NCBI GenBank assembly: GCA_963841435.1 | Contig: CAWJCS010000006.1 | Span: forward strand, 1,664,001 to 1,728,000 | From: an uncultured delta proteobacterium | Lineage (GTDB): Bacteria; Myxococcota_A; Polyangia; Polyangiales; Polyangiaceae | DNA length: 64,000 bases | Direction of reading: 5' to 3' | Made by a program: the position numbers and the translations under genes | Shown: positions 44,894 through 56,810 of the stretch, piece after piece | How the letters are laid out: the number at the start of each line of letters is the position of its first letter | Numbering within the stretch: the stretch's first letter is position 1 | Notes under the pieces: generated by a model | Database searches by the model: none | What the model was told of the DNA's origin: nothing | Seen by the model: the letters and a program-made list of their open reading frames with translations, nothing else

Positions 44894-47800
44894 TCAACGA
44901 AGCTCGGCGACGCTGCCGCCGAAGGCTCGCTCGAGCCCTCCGAGCAGCGCGTCCGTCGGTGTCACGCGCGTCCCGTCGAGGTCGAGCACTGCTTCCGCAC
45001 CGTCCGGCATCTTGAGAACCAGCTCGACGGGACAGGGGCCGGGCGACCCACGCAAAAGGTCCCGGAGCGTCTCGAGGTCGCGCTTCACGGTGCGCTCGAC
45101 CTCGAGGCGAATCGACACGGCCCGGGTGCTCTTGAGCGCGGAATCCGAGAGGAGCTCGACCGAGTCGATCAAGAGCGTCGCCTCGCGCGTCGCCTCGAGG
45201 TCGTCGGCTTCGTCGGTGATCGGGAAGCTCACCTTGCCCGTGACGACCACGGGCTCGCCGCCGGTCAGCAAGTGCGCGTAGGTCTCGATGCGGTCGCCGC
45301 GGAGCTTCGCCTTCACCCGGCCCACGAGGTCCTCGAGCTCGAAGAACGCTGCTCGCCCGCCGGAGCCACCCTTGAACAGACGCTCCTGGTAGCCCTCGAC
45401 CATGCCCGCCACGCTCACGACCGCCCAGGGCTGCTCGGCGGAGATGCGCGTCGTCGGCGTGAGCCCGAGACGCGAGAACTTGCTGCCGTAGCGCGCGAGC
45501 GGATGACCGGAAACGTAGCAGCCGAGCGCCTCCTTCTCGCGCTTGAGCTGCTCCATCCGATCCCAGGATTCGGCTTTTGGGTAGTCGGAGAGCGCACCCG
45601 AGCTCGAGCCTTCGGGGCGCGCCTGCTCGAAACGCCCGAACAGCGACTCCTGGCCGCTCTCGCGCTCCCGACTCGCGCTGCGCGAGCGCTCGAGCGCGCG
45701 ATCGACGGCGGCGTAGGCGCGCGCTCGCGAGATGCCGATCGGCTCGAGCAAGGAGTCGAACGCGCCGCATTGCACGAGCGCCTCCAGGACGCCCTTGTTC
45801 AGCCGTTTGGCGTCAACGCGCGTCGCGAAGTCGAAGAGGTCGCCGAACGGGCCGCCGGCACGCCTGGCCTCGAACATCGTCTCGAGCGCCGCCCCGCCCA
45901 CGCCGCGCACGGCGCCGAGACCAAAGCGGAGCCGGGGGCCGAGGCGATCGCGCACCTTGCCCGAGACCCTCGGCGGGCCGCCACCGCCGGGATTCGCGTA
46001 AACCACGGTGAAATCGGTCTCGCTCGCGTTCACGTCGGGCGGTAGCACCTCGACGCCCCACGCGCGCGCCTCGGCCACGAGCCGCACGACCTTCTCGACC
46101 TTGTCCTTGTCGGTGGTGAGCGCCGCGGCGAAAAATTCCGTCGCATAGTGCGCCTTCAGCCACGCGCTCTGGTACGTGACGAGCGCGTACGCGACGGAGT
46201 GGCTCTTGTTGAAGCCGTACGACGCAAAGCCCTCGAGCTCGCGGAAGATCGCGACGGCCTTCTCCTCCGGGACTCCGTTCCTGACCGATCCATCGACGAA
46301 GCTCTGCTGCTGCTTCGCCATCTCCTCGGCCTTCTTCTTCCCCATCGCGCGGCGCAACAGATCCGCTTCGCCCAGCGTGTAGCCGGCGAGAAGCTGGGCG
46401 ATCTGCATCACCTGCTCCTGATAGACGGGCACGCCGTAGGTCGGCGCGAGCACCTCGTCGACGAGGGCGTGCAGCTTCCTCACCGGCTTTCTGCCGTGCT
46501 TGCTGCCGATGAAGTCCTCGATCATGCCCGTGCCGAGTGGTCCGGGGCGGTAGAGCGCCACGGCGGCCACGATGTCGTCGAAGCAGTCGGGCTTGAGCGG
46601 CCGGAGGATGCGATCCTGCATGCCGCTCGACTCGAGCTGAAAGACGCCGGTCGTCGTGCCGCTCGAGAGCAGCGCGTAGGTCTCCTGATCGTCGAGCGGC
46701 AAGTGGTTGATGACGAGAGGGTCCGCCTTGCGGTCTGGCCGGGCGTTGACGAGCCGGACGGCAACGTCGATGAGCGTCAGCGTCTTCAGGCCGAGAAAGT
46801 CGAACTTCACGAGGCCGACCGCCTCGATGTCGTCTTTGTCGTACTGGGTGACGATGCTGTCGTCGCTCTTGAAGCACGGCACGCGTTCGGCGAGCGGCCG
46901 CTCGCTGATGACGATGCCCGCGGCGTGCATGCCGGCGTGCCGCGTCAGCCCTTCGAGCTTGCGGCTGATGCCGATGAGCTCACCCACCTCCGGGCTTTCG
47001 TCGGCCAGCTTCTTCAACTTCGGCTCGACCTCGAGCGCCTCGTCGATGGTGCACATCTTGCCCTGCCCCTTGGGCGGCACGAGACTCGCGATGCGCTGCG
47101 CCTCGGGAGCGGCGATGCCCATGGCGCGCGCGACATCCTTGATGACGCTGCGTGCTTTCAGGTTCTGGAAGGTGCCGATCTGCCCGACGCACCTTTTGCC
47201 GTACTTGTCCGCAACGTACGCGATGACCTCGTCGCGCCGGCTCATGCAGAAGTCGATGTCGAAGTCCGGCATGCTGACGCGCTCGGGATTCAGAAAGCGC
47301 TCGAAGAGCAACCCGTAGCGGATGGGCTCGATTTCCGTGATGCCGAGCGCGTACGCCACGAGCGACCCCGCGCCCGAGCCACGGCCCGGCCCGACTGGAA
47401 TGCCGCGCGCCTTCGCCGCACGGATGAAGTCCCAGACGATCAGAAAGTAGCCCGGGTAGTTCATGCCCGAGATCACGTCGAGCTCGATCTCGAGCCGAGC
47501 CCGGTACGCGGCCTCGTCGACCGCCTCACCGCGGCGCCGGTGGTCCTCGAGGCGGGAGACGAGACCCTCGCGCGAGACGTGACGAAAGTAGGCGTCCGTG
47601 TCGTAACCCTCGGGCACGGGGAACTCGGGCAGCACCGCCTCGCCGAGCTCGAGCTTTAGGCCCGAGCACATCTCGGCGACGCGCATCGTGTTGGCGAGTG
47701 CCTCGGGCAGCGCGCGGAACGTCTCCGCCATCGCTTCGGGGCTCTTCAGGTACATCTCGGGGCTGCCGTGATGCAGCGGCTCCGCGTCGCGGTAGGTGCG

Positions 47801-48460
47801 GCCGAGCCGGATGCACTCGAGGTACACCTGGGCCACGGCATCGTCGCGATTCATGAAGTGCACGTCGTTGCTGGCGACGAGCGGCAGGTCGAGCTTGCGC
47901 GCTGCGGTGACGAGCAGGTCGTTCAGCACGGCTTGCTCGGGGAAACCGTGGTCTTGGAGCTCGACGAAGACGTGGCCCGGCTCGAACGCGTCGCGAAGCT
48001 CGGCGAGCGCGGCGGGCGCCCGCTCCGGCCCTAGCTCGAGCACGCTCTGCGGCACGTGGCCGCCCAGGCAACCGCTCAGCGCGATGAGCCCCCGGCTCTT
48101 GGACGCGAGCAGATCGAAGGTGATGCTCGGTGCGACGTCGCTCGCGGGCTCGACGTGCCCTGCCGACACGAGCGAGACGAGGTTCGCGTAGCCCTCTGCC
48201 GTCAACGCGAGCACGACGAGGTGGTTCACGGCACCGCCGGGCCGCGCAAGATTCAGCTCCGAACCGAGGATTGGCGAGATGCCAGCCGAGCGGCACGCCT
48301 TGTAGTGCCGGAGCGCGCCGTACATGTTCGCGTGATCGGTGAGCGCGACGGCGCGCATGCCGAGCTCGCGCACACGCGCCGGCAAGTCGTAGACTTTGAT
48401 CGCACCCGTGAGGAACGAGTACTGCGAGTGGAGATGGAGGTGGGCGAACTCGGTCGCCAT
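44894..48460 (-). CDS. dnaE: DNA polymerase III alpha subunit
   Basis: PHP motif HLHLHSQYS, GPGRGSGAGS, MPDFDIDF, KFDFLGL and YGFNKSH. Confidence 0.98.
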   Translation of the reverse strand: MATEFAHLHLHSQYSFLTGAIKVYDLPARVRELGMRAVALTDHANMYGALRHYKACRSAGISPILGSELNLARPGGAVNHLVVLALTAEGYANLVSLVSAGHVEPASDVAPSITFDLLASKSRGLIALSGCLGGHVPQSVLELGPERAPAALAELRDAFEPGHVFVELQDHGFPEQAVLNDLLVTAARKLDLPLVASNDVHFMNRDDAVAQVYLECIRLGRTYRDAEPLHHGSPEMYLKSPEAMAETFRALPEALANTMRVAEMCSGLKLELGEAVLPEFPVPEGYDTDAYFRHVSREGLVSRLEDHRRRGEAVDEAAYRARLEIELDVISGMNYPGYFLIVWDFIRAAKARGIPVGPGRGSGAGSLVAYALGITEIEPIRYGLLFERFLNPERVSMPDFDIDFCMSRRDEVIAYVADKYGKRCVGQIGTFQNLKARSVIKDVARAMGIAAPEAQRIASLVPPKGQGKMCTIDEALEVEPKLKKLADESPEVGELIGISRKLEGLTRHAGMHAAGIVISERPLAERVPCFKSDDSIVTQYDKDDIEAVGLVKFDFLGLKTLTLIDVAVRLVNARPDRKADPLVINHLPLDDQETYALLSSGTTTGVFQLESSGMQDRILRPLKPDCFDDIVAAVALYRPGPLGTGMIEDFIGSKHGRKPVRKLHALVDEVLAPTYGVPVYQEQVMQIAQLLAGYTLGEADLLRRAMGKKKAEEMAKQQQSFVDGSVRNGVPEEKAVAIFRELEGFASYGFNKSHSVAYALVTYQSAWLKAHYATEFFAAALTTDKDKVEKVVRLVAEARAWGVEVLPPDVNASETDFTVVYANPGGGGPPRVSGKVRDRLGPRLRFGLGAVRGVGGAALETMFEARRAGGPFGDLFDFATRVDAKRLNKGVLEALVQCGAFDSLLEPIGISRARAYAAVDRALERSRSASRERESGQESLFGRFEQARPEGSSSGALSDYPKAESWDRMEQLKREKEALGCYVSGHPLARYGSKFSRLGLTPTTRISAEQPWAVVSVAGMVEGYQERLFKGGSGGRAAFFELEDLVGRVKAKLRGDRIETYAHLLTGGEPVVVTGKVSFPITDEADDLEATREATLLIDSVELLSDSALKSTRAVSIRLEVERTVKRDLETLRDLLRGSPGPCPVELVLKMPDGAEAVLDLDGTRVTPTDALLGGLERAFGGSVAELR

Positions 48461-48712
48461 ACGAAGAGCAGCCTAGTACCGACCCTCGGCGCGGGCTCGG
48501 CCTCGCATCGCGCTTCTGCCCGGTCCCCGGGCCGCTGGGGGTCTCGCGGCCCGGCGCGTGAAGATTTCGCGCTGGAGCTCCGTCGATCCGGCTGCCCAGG
48601 TGCTTCGGGGGACTCCGCTCCCTTGCGGAGCTCTGGGCTTTTGGATTACCGCTTGGGTGCATCGCGCCGAAACGGCTCGGCGCGGCTGGCTTGCCTGGAG
48701 GACCTCGGAATC

Positions 48713-49396
48713 ATGATGCGGACGAGAAGCGTCGCGTGGTTGTTGTTGGGATCGGCCCTCGTGCTGCCCGCCCTCGTGGGCTGCGCTGCTCAGGCCTCGT
48801 TCACTGCCGGCGGCGCGGACGCGCCACCGCCGCCCCCTCCACCGCCGCCGCCGCCCCCACCGCCGCCACCGCCCGAAGAGCCGGCGGCGCCACCAGCGAC
48901 GACCGAGCCCGCAAAGACGGAGCCCTCACCGGAGCCCCCGAAGGCCGAGGCCAACCCGACGACGAAAAGCGCGGCCAAGGTCGCGGGCGACAAGGTCACC
49001 GTCCCCGGCAAGATCGACTTCGAGCTCGGCAAGGCGACGCTCCTCGGTGGCGACGACACGAAGAACGCGCTCGACCAGATCAAGCTCTACCTCGACGACA
49101 ACCCGCGGGTGACCAAGCTCCGCGTCGAGGGGCACACCGACAACGTCGGCACGGCGGACGCGAACCTCGAGCTCTCGGGGCAGCGCGCGCTCGCGGTCAT
49201 CGGCGCCGTCGTCGCGAAGGGGATCGCCAAAGAGCGCTTCCTTGCGGTCGGGTGCGGGCAAACGAGGCCCGTCGCCGACAACACCACGGACGACGGCAAG
49301 GCCAAGAACCGGCGCATCGAATTTCACATCGCCGAGCTCAACGGCAAAAAATACATGGGGCGCGACCCCACGGGTCGGTGCAAGCCGTTCGAATGA
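48713..49396 (+). CDS. OmpA-family peptidoglycan-binding lipoprotein with poly-Pro linker
   Basis: Lipobox LVGC, VEGHTDNVG, NLELSGQRA and NRRIEF. Confidence 0.9.
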   Translation: MMRTRSVAWLLLGSALVLPALVGCAAQASFTAGGADAPPPPPPPPPPPPPPPPPEEPAAPPATTEPAKTEPSPEPPKAEANPTTKSAAKVAGDKVTVPGKIDFELGKATLLGGDDTKNALDQIKLYLDDNPRVTKLRVEGHTDNVGTADANLELSGQRALAVIGAVVAKGIAKERFLAVGCGQTRPVADNTTDDGKAKNRRIEFHIAELNGKKYMGRDPTGRCKPFE

Positions 49397-49463
49397 ACGA
49401 GCGCCGGCCAGCACCGCGCTCCGCTGGCCGTGCTCGCGAGCGAGAGTCCCGTCGCGTCGTGCT

Positions 49464-50108
49464 ATGACGCGGGCCGTGCGTTCACGCCTCGCCCTCCTCG
49501 CTCTCGTGGCCGTGGCCTGCAACAACACGCCCCCCGATCGGCGCGAGTGGCGACCGTCCGACCACGACCACACCGACAACCCCGGCGCCGATCAAGTGGT
49601 GGGTGGGCCCGATGCAGGCACCGACCCGGAGCTCGCGCAGCACGGGCTCAACGAGGTCACGATCGTCGCGTGGTCGCAGAACTGCGTGCGCTGCCACGGA
49701 CGTCTCGGGCGTGGTGACGGGCCACAGGGCCCGATGGTCCACGCGACCGATCTTTCTAACCCCGAGTGGCAGAAGTCGGTGACCGACGACGACATTCTAA
49801 AGACGCTCAGGCAGGGCCGCGGGCTCATGCCGGCGTTCCCGCTCCCCGAGCCCACGCTCGAAGCGCTCGTGCATCTCGTGAGGTTGATCGGGCAGGCGAC
49901 GGCCGAGGACCACGCAGCCCCCGACGGCAGCGCCGCGGCGGCACCGAGCGGCTCGGCGCCTCGCGTCGCATCGCCGCACGGGAGCGCGACGGCACGCCTG
50001 CCGGCGACCGCCGCGAGCGAAAACTCGCAAGCTGGCGGCGCGGGTACGGCAGCCTCTGCACCGGCGAGCTCCGCGCACCCCATCGCACCTTCCCCTACCA
50101 CCCCATGA
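49464..50108 (+). CDS. Monoheme cytochrome c lipoprotein
   Basis: Lipobox AVAC, CVRCH heme motif and distal Met in MPAF. Confidence 0.85.
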   Translation: MTRAVRSRLALLALVAVACNNTPPDRREWRPSDHDHTDNPGADQVVGGPDAGTDPELAQHGLNEVTIVAWSQNCVRCHGRLGRGDGPQGPMVHATDLSNPEWQKSVTDDDILKTLRQGRGLMPAFPLPEPTLEALVHLVRLIGQATAEDHAAPDGSAAAAPSGSAPRVASPHGSATARLPATAASENSQAGGAGTAASAPASSAHPIAPSPTTP

Positions 50109-50529
50109 CCCTGCTGCCGGGGACTCCGGCGTTGCGGCGACGCGCGGCCCTCGCGCTCCTGGCACTCGGCAGCGTGCTCGCCTACCGCGCGCTCGAGCGG
50201 GACGTTCCGCGCGAGCACACGCTGATCTTCAGACTGGGCGACGAGTTACGTCACAAGCCGCTGCGGCTCCGCGCAACGCTCACGCGCGCGGGCGAAAGTG
50301 AGGCGCACAGTGGTTTCACACTCGAAAGAAGCGGTGACGAGGTGGGTGACCCGAAAACTACACTTCGTGCTCCGAGCGGCACCTACATGCTCTCCGTGGA
50401 TTGTGAGCAGCAGGTTCGACCGGACGCCGGCGACAGGGCGCCCACGGAGAAACGGGAGACATCGAGCGTGCATCGCGTTACGCTTCAAGGCGGCGACATC
50501 GTCGTCCCGATCGGCCAGAGGGTTCCCGA

Positions 50530-50533
<4 letters not shown>
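50105..50533 (+). CDS. Hypothetical membrane-anchored protein
   Basis: N-terminal TM segment; overlaps both neighbours by 4 nt. Confidence 0.55.
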
Positions 50534-51894
<1,361 letters not shown>

Positions 51895-51903
51895 GGCGGC
51901 CCT

Positions 51904-53142
51904 TCAGAACTCGCCGCGCAGCGCGAACGAGAAGATGAGCGACGTCGTGTCGTCCGGCTTCTGGCCGCCCCACGTGAAGTCGCGCAGCTGTGTCTTGAGG
52001 AGGTCGAACCCAGCGCTCCCCTGCAGGAGCAGGAGCGCGCCGATGATGCGCGCGTCGGGCGCTCCCCGGAGCGCCGCGAGCACCCGCCCGCCGAGCGTGA
52101 CGCTCGACAGGGGTGAGAGCTCCCGATCACCCGTCCAGTACTGACCGCGGGGCCCGTAACGTGGCTCGCCGCCCGTGTAGTCGTTGCTGTAAAAGAGCGC
52201 ACCGCTCTGGGAGTAGTAGCGGCCGTGCACGAGCACCCGCAGTACCGGACCGAGATACTTCTCGGCTTCGAGCTCGTAGGTCTGTCCGAAGATGTCCCAG
52301 GTGTCGCGGTACAGGCGGATGGCGGCGGTGACGGCGCCCGTGAGGGGGCGCACGAAGTACTTTCCGCGTAGCGCGACCGCTCCGCGCGCGCGGTTGTCGG
52401 GTTGGTTCTCGAGCGCGTCGAGCCCCGCCGGCGTGATCACGACACCGCGGTACGGATTCTCCAAAAAGCCGTGCTGCAGCGAGCCCGTGACCACGAGCTG
52501 CGTCGCGACGGTCGGCGTCCATGCCTGGGTCCAGCCCGCCTGAAACACGTCGAGATCGATGGGGCGCTTTGCGCGGTCGGGCGCCTGCGTGAAGCAGCCA
52601 TCCGAGCTGTCGAGACGCGTCCGTGCCGAGGGGCTCGTCGCATCCGAGTACGCGGTCGTGCACACAGTGTCGAATCCGCGCGAGTAGGAAATTTCGAGCT
52701 CGGTGTCCCGCTGGAAGAAGTCGGTGCCCGCCGAAACCGTCACACTCTGCGACCGGTAGTCGCTTTCAGTGCCGTACGAGTAGTCCGCAGCGAGGCGCGT
52801 CGTGGACCGGGTGAACGTGAAGCCGCCGTGAACGGCATGGCGCACGTCGTCGAACGGGGTCGCCGACGACACGATGTCCGCCAGCGGCCCGCTCTTCACG
52901 GCCTCCGTGGCACCGCTGACGATGTCGGCCTCGTAGCTTGCATGAAGCTCGAGGAAATCGGCGGGGCTCACGGCGAGCGTCGCGGCGGGCGTGACGACCG
53001 TGAGGTGGCTTTCCTTCGACGGCTCGAGCAGCACCGTGCCGCGCAGATCGGCGCTCGCGACTTGCCCGCGCGCCTCGTTGCCCACGAACAGCGCGGCGAG
53101 CCCCAGCGCGAACGCCGGGAAGGCCCGAGCCCTCAATTGCAC
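51904..53142 (-). CDS. DUF3570-like outer-membrane protein
   Basis: DIVSGAT, ESDYRS, LENPYR, YRDTWDI and DRELS. Overlaps the DUF4266-like gene. Confidence 0.75.
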   Translation of the reverse strand: MQLRARAFPAFALGLAALFVGNEARGQVASADLRGTVLLEPSKESHLTVVTPAATLAVSPADFLELHASYEADIVSGATEAVKSGPLADIVSSATPFDDVRHAVHGGFTFTRSTTRLAADYSYGTESDYRSQSVTVSAGTDFFQRDTELEISYSRGFDTVCTTAYSDATSPSARTRLDSSDGCFTQAPDRAKRPIDLDVFQAGWTQAWTPTVATQLVVTGSLQHGFLENPYRGVVITPAGLDALENQPDNRARGAVALRGKYFVRPLTGAVTAAIRLYRDTWDIFGQTYELEAEKYLGPVLRVLVHGRYYSQSGALFYSNDYTGGEPRYGPRGQYWTGDRELSPLSSVTLGGRVLAALRGAPDARIIGALLLLQGSAGFDLLKTQLRDFTWGGQKPDDTTSLIFSFALRGEF

Positions 53143-53405
53143 CCGCAGCCGCCTCCGCGGACGGACCCGCCTCCGAACGAAGACTCCCGATTCTCGAACA
53201 CGTGCTCGAGCGCCGCCTTCTCGCCCGGCTCGCCTTCGAAGTGCATCGTCGGATCGGCCAGCACGGCGCGCTGCTCCGGCCGCACGGTGACGCAGGCGGA
53301 GCTCGCGAGCGCGAGCACCACGACGACGGGAAACCAAGCGCTCGGTGCCCGCGGGCGCGGGCGGGTGAGCGTCGAGGTGGAGAGTCGGGGTCGGTGCTGT
53401 CGCAT
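53133..53405 (-). CDS. DUF4266-like small lipoprotein
   Basis: CVTVRPEQRAVLADPTM...GGGCGCN. Confidence 0.8.
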   Translation of the reverse strand: MRQHRPRLSTSTLTRPRPRAPSAWFPVVVVLALASSACVTVRPEQRAVLADPTMHFEGEPGEKAALEHVFENRESSFGGGSVRGGGCGCN

Positions 53406-53415
53406 GGTCACTCTC

Positions 53416-54195
53416 TCAAAAGTACGAGCCGAGCCCCCCCGCGTAACACTGAACGTTCCGGTAGCGGTCCTCGGCGAACAGCACGAAGTCCGTGACCTCG
53501 AGCCGAAGCAGCAGGCGGAAGCGCAGCGACACGAGCAGCCCGCCTCCCACGCGCGCGCTGAACCAGGAGCGCTTCTGGCGGATGCGCTCCTCCTTGGGCT
53601 GTTCGCGCACGCCGCCGACGCCGAGCGTGAAGAACGGCGCGAGCGCCCAATCGGGCGCGATGTTGAGCGCAAAAGCGCCCCCGTAGAAGATTCTGCGACT
53701 GTCCGACTGTAGCGCGAGGCCCGCATACGGCTCGAACGCGATGGCCGGCGCGATCACGAGGGCGGGCCGGATCTCGGCGAAGCCCGACCCGTCGTAGGCA
53801 CCCGCCATGAGGGCGAGACCGCCACGCGCGTCCTCGAGCGCGGGCGGCGCGAACACGCCCGGCTTTTCGGGAGCGTTCGGCGCGTCCGCGTCGAACGCCA
53901 CGGCCTGCACGGTGTCGCCGAGCACGAAGGCGCGGCGGCCGTCCGGCAACAGGACTTCCATCCAGAAACCCGACGTTTCACGCGTCTCGACGAGGAAGGC
54001 GTCGCCGCGGTACGCGCGATGAATCACCCGGTACGAGATGCCGGGCCCCGCTCGCAGCTCCGTTTCGGCGACGACGACACGTGCGAACACGTCGCTGTCC
54101 GCCGCGGATGCGACGGCAGCGCGCATCAGCCACAACGAGGCGACGAGGAAGCAGAATGAAATTCGATTCATTGCGTGGAGATACGCGTTGCCCAT
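53416..54195 (-). CDS. SH3-domain plus beta-barrel exported protein
   Basis: ELRAGPGISYRVI (SH3b-like) and C-terminal Phe. Confidence 0.65.
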   Translation of the reverse strand: MGNAYLHAMNRISFCFLVASLWLMRAAVASAADSDVFARVVVAETELRAGPGISYRVIHRAYRGDAFLVETRETSGFWMEVLLPDGRRAFVLGDTVQAVAFDADAPNAPEKPGVFAPPALEDARGGLALMAGAYDGSGFAEIRPALVIAPAIAFEPYAGLALQSDSRRIFYGGAFALNIAPDWALAPFFTLGVGGVREQPKEERIRQKRSWFSARVGGGLLVSLRFRLLLRLEVTDFVLFAEDRYRNVQCYAGGLGSYF

Positions 54196-54671
54196 TCACG
54201 GATCGCCGCGGCGGCGTCGCTGTTCTCGTCGAAGATCTTGCGCGGGTGCTTGAGCACCGCGAGTGGCCGCAGCATGAGCGGCGCCGAATCCGGGTCGCGC
54301 CGCATCTTTACTTGCGCCGACTGGTAGTTGTCTCGCGCTTCGGTCGGAATGGGACCGCCCGGGACGTTGCCCTGACACGTGTCGGACACGTGGTTCGGAT
54401 AATCGAGAAAGCGAAACGACGTGACCGCAGCATGACACCCGCCCGTACCGTCCCCCTTGGTGGGGTCGCCCCCGCTACAGCTGTTCGGGAGCAGCGTCCG
54501 CGGCTCGACCTGGCAGTAGTAAAAGCCCTCGTCGAACACGATGTTCGCCACCTCGAAATCGGGACCAGGATCGACCGTCGTCGGCAGCAGGCCTTCCTCG
54601 CCGCAACCCCCGAGGGCCATCGCGAGCGCGAGCAGACCGAGGCCGGCGCCGACGCGGAGGGTGGTGCTCAC
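54168..54671 (-). CDS. Hypothetical lipoprotein
   Basis: Lipobox LGGC; Cys-containing with GGCH. Confidence 0.6.
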   Translation of the reverse strand: MSTTLRVGAGLGLLALAMALGGCGEEGLLPTTVDPGPDFEVANIVFDEGFYYCQVEPRTLLPNSCSGGDPTKGDGTGGCHAAVTSFRFLDYPNHVSDTCQGNVPGGPIPTEARDNYQSAQVKMRRDPDSAPLMLRPLAVLKHPRKIFDENSDAAAAIREWATRISTQ

Positions 54672-54968
54672 CACGACCTCACGGTAACAAAAAACCAGCG
54701 ACCACCGGCCCATCAAATCCGACAACGAACGCGCGCCTGCGCTCTGCATGTGAGACGAAGGGCGATCGGCCGGTGGGCAGGTGCGCGTATAAGTGAGCCT
54801 GGGTCCCACCTAAATAATCAGATCGCGAACTAGCGCTTGCTCTCGATCGCGAAGCTCCGCTAACTCTTTGCGCCCGGCCATGAAGTTGTGGCAGGCTTCC
54901 CTACACAGACCTACACCGCGCGCCTGCCCACGAGGGGTCGGCCGACACCCCCCGATGGAGATGCGAGC

Positions 54969-55136
54969 ATGAAGTTGAACCCGTACCTGTTCGCCGTGAT
55001 CCCCGCTGCGTTGCTCGCCTCGCGGGGAGCGTTCGGGGCGCAGCTCGCGGTGCTCGGCGTTACTCTCGGGATCTTCTTCGGCACGCTGTCGCTGCGCCGG
55101 CCCGCCGAAGGCGACGCCACCACGACCCAACACTGA
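54969..55136 (+). CDS. Small two-TM membrane protein
   Basis: GGAG RBS and a hydrophobic 55-aa ORF. Confidence 0.45.
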   Translation: MKLNPYLFAVIPAALLASRGAFGAQLAVLGVTLGIFFGTLSLRRPAEGDATTTQH

Positions 55137-55261
55137 CCGCCTCGTCGAGCGACCAACCGCCCCCGTCGGCGGATCCCGCGCGGGGCTCGCGGCTCAAGCG
55201 CTTCGAAGAGTTCTCGGTTCATGACGTTCAGGCGCTGCGCCTGATCCTGACCGGGGGGTCG

Positions 55262-56224
55262 GTGATCGACTGGCACCGGCTCAATCTGAAGGATATCGAG
55301 CACGCGCGCCGGCTGCTCTCGAACCACGAGCTGTCGTCCACGGAGCCGCGTGACGTCGCGTTCACGGAGCACGTGAAGCGTGAGGCCATCAGCTACCTCC
55401 GGCGCCATTTCAACTTCTCGATCCCGAAGCCCGTCGAGGAATCCTCCATCGTCGAGCTCCTGGTGATGGCCTCGGGCAAGGGTCATCGCCAGCTCTGCGC
55501 CTGTACGATCCTCAAGGCGGTGCAGATCATCAACCACATGGCGGGCCGCGAGCTCCTGTTTCGCCTGCCCGTCAGCGACCGCGATCTGTTCCATCTCGTC
55601 GAGGAGAAGGTCTACCGAGTCGTCGGCACGATGCTGAGCGAGGGCTTTCCCATCACGGAATTCATCGGCGGTCGCAAGAACCTCGATTCGACGTACGCGA
55701 AGCTATTGTCCAAACCGGAGGCCACCGCGGCCGCGCTCTACGACAAGCTGCGCTTTCGCATCGTGACCCGCACCCAGGAGGACATACTGCCCGTGGTGCT
55801 TTACCTCACCGAGCGGCTTTTCCCCTTCAACTTCGTGGTCCCGAAGCAGAGCACCAACACGATTTTCCATTTCAGGAGCTATTGCGAGCGGCATCCCCAG
55901 CTGGCGCCCATGATTCCCGAGTTCCAGGGGGCCCTCGACGACGACCTCACCCCCGGCGACAACCGCTTCAGCTCCCCCACCTACCGCGTCATCCAGTTCG
56001 TGACCGACGTCCCGGTGCGCGTCCCCCCCCACCTGATGGAGCTTGCGCCGCTCGGCTCCGAGCTGCTCGGACCCCTCGTGTACATGCTCTGCGAGTTTCA
56101 GGTGCTCGACGCCGAGAGCGAGGCGAAAAACGAGACCGGCGAGGCCAGCCACGAGGCTTACAAACGCCGCCAGCGCGAAGCGGTGTTCCGCCGGCTGAGG
56201 CTGGGGAGCCGCGGGGACGGCTGA
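55262..56224 (+). CDS. TIGR04552-like myxobacterial protein (start probably further upstream)
   Basis: GGSVIDWHRL, YDKLRFRIVT and EFQVLD...SHEAYKRRQ. Confidence 0.65.
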   Translation: MIDWHRLNLKDIEHARRLLSNHELSSTEPRDVAFTEHVKREAISYLRRHFNFSIPKPVEESSIVELLVMASGKGHRQLCACTILKAVQIINHMAGRELLFRLPVSDRDLFHLVEEKVYRVVGTMLSEGFPITEFIGGRKNLDSTYAKLLSKPEATAAALYDKLRFRIVTRTQEDILPVVLYLTERLFPFNFVVPKQSTNTIFHFRSYCERHPQLAPMIPEFQGALDDDLTPGDNRFSSPTYRVIQFVTDVPVRVPPHLMELAPLGSELLGPLVYMLCEFQVLDAESEAKNETGEASHEAYKRRQREAVFRRLRLGSRGDG

Positions 56225-56290
56225 TCGCCACGGCGATTTTCCGCCGAGACTGCTGACTTTCCCAGGAAAGTGGTGGTAGGACGGTTCGGC

Positions 56291-56800
56291 ATGAGGCTCC
56301 ACGCGGCGAAAGTCGGCCAGATCGCCCAGGAGATGGTGAGTGCCCTCACCAAGAGCCGCGACATCGAGACCGAGTCGCCCGCCGAGGTGCGGGCCGATGT
56401 CGAAGCCGTCCTCAACCAGTACATTCGGGACGAGCAGTCCGTTTCCGAGCGCGCCAAGGACATGATCAGCGCGCGCGGGCTGTCGCAGACCGAGTACCCA
56501 CGGCTGCGCAAGCTCGTGGCCGACGAGAAACACATCAAGATCGGCGAGGACGCGGTCGACTACCTGCTCGACCAGCTCGTGGAGATGTTGATGCATTCGG
56601 CGAACGTCGACGAGGTGTTCGCCGAGGACTTCGAGCTCCGGCGCAAGATGCGCGACCCGCTTCGCAAGCAGCTGGCCGACGAGCAAGCGCTCGAGGCCGA
56701 GGTCAGAAAACAGCTGGGGCACGTGCAGGAGGGCACGGGACTCTGGGAGATCGAGTACCGGCGCATGATGGAGGACATCAAGCGCCGTAAGGGGCTGTGA
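56291..56800 (+). CDS. DUF507-like protein
   Basis: Helical protein MRLHAAKV...VDEVFAED, upstream of yicC. Confidence 0.65.
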   Translation: MRLHAAKVGQIAQEMVSALTKSRDIETESPAEVRADVEAVLNQYIRDEQSVSERAKDMISARGLSQTEYPRLRKLVADEKHIKIGEDAVDYLLDQLVEMLMHSANVDEVFAEDFELRRKMRDPLRKQLADEQALEAEVRKQLGHVQEGTGLWEIEYRRMMEDIKRRKGL

Positions 56801-56810
56801 GCCGGCCGCG

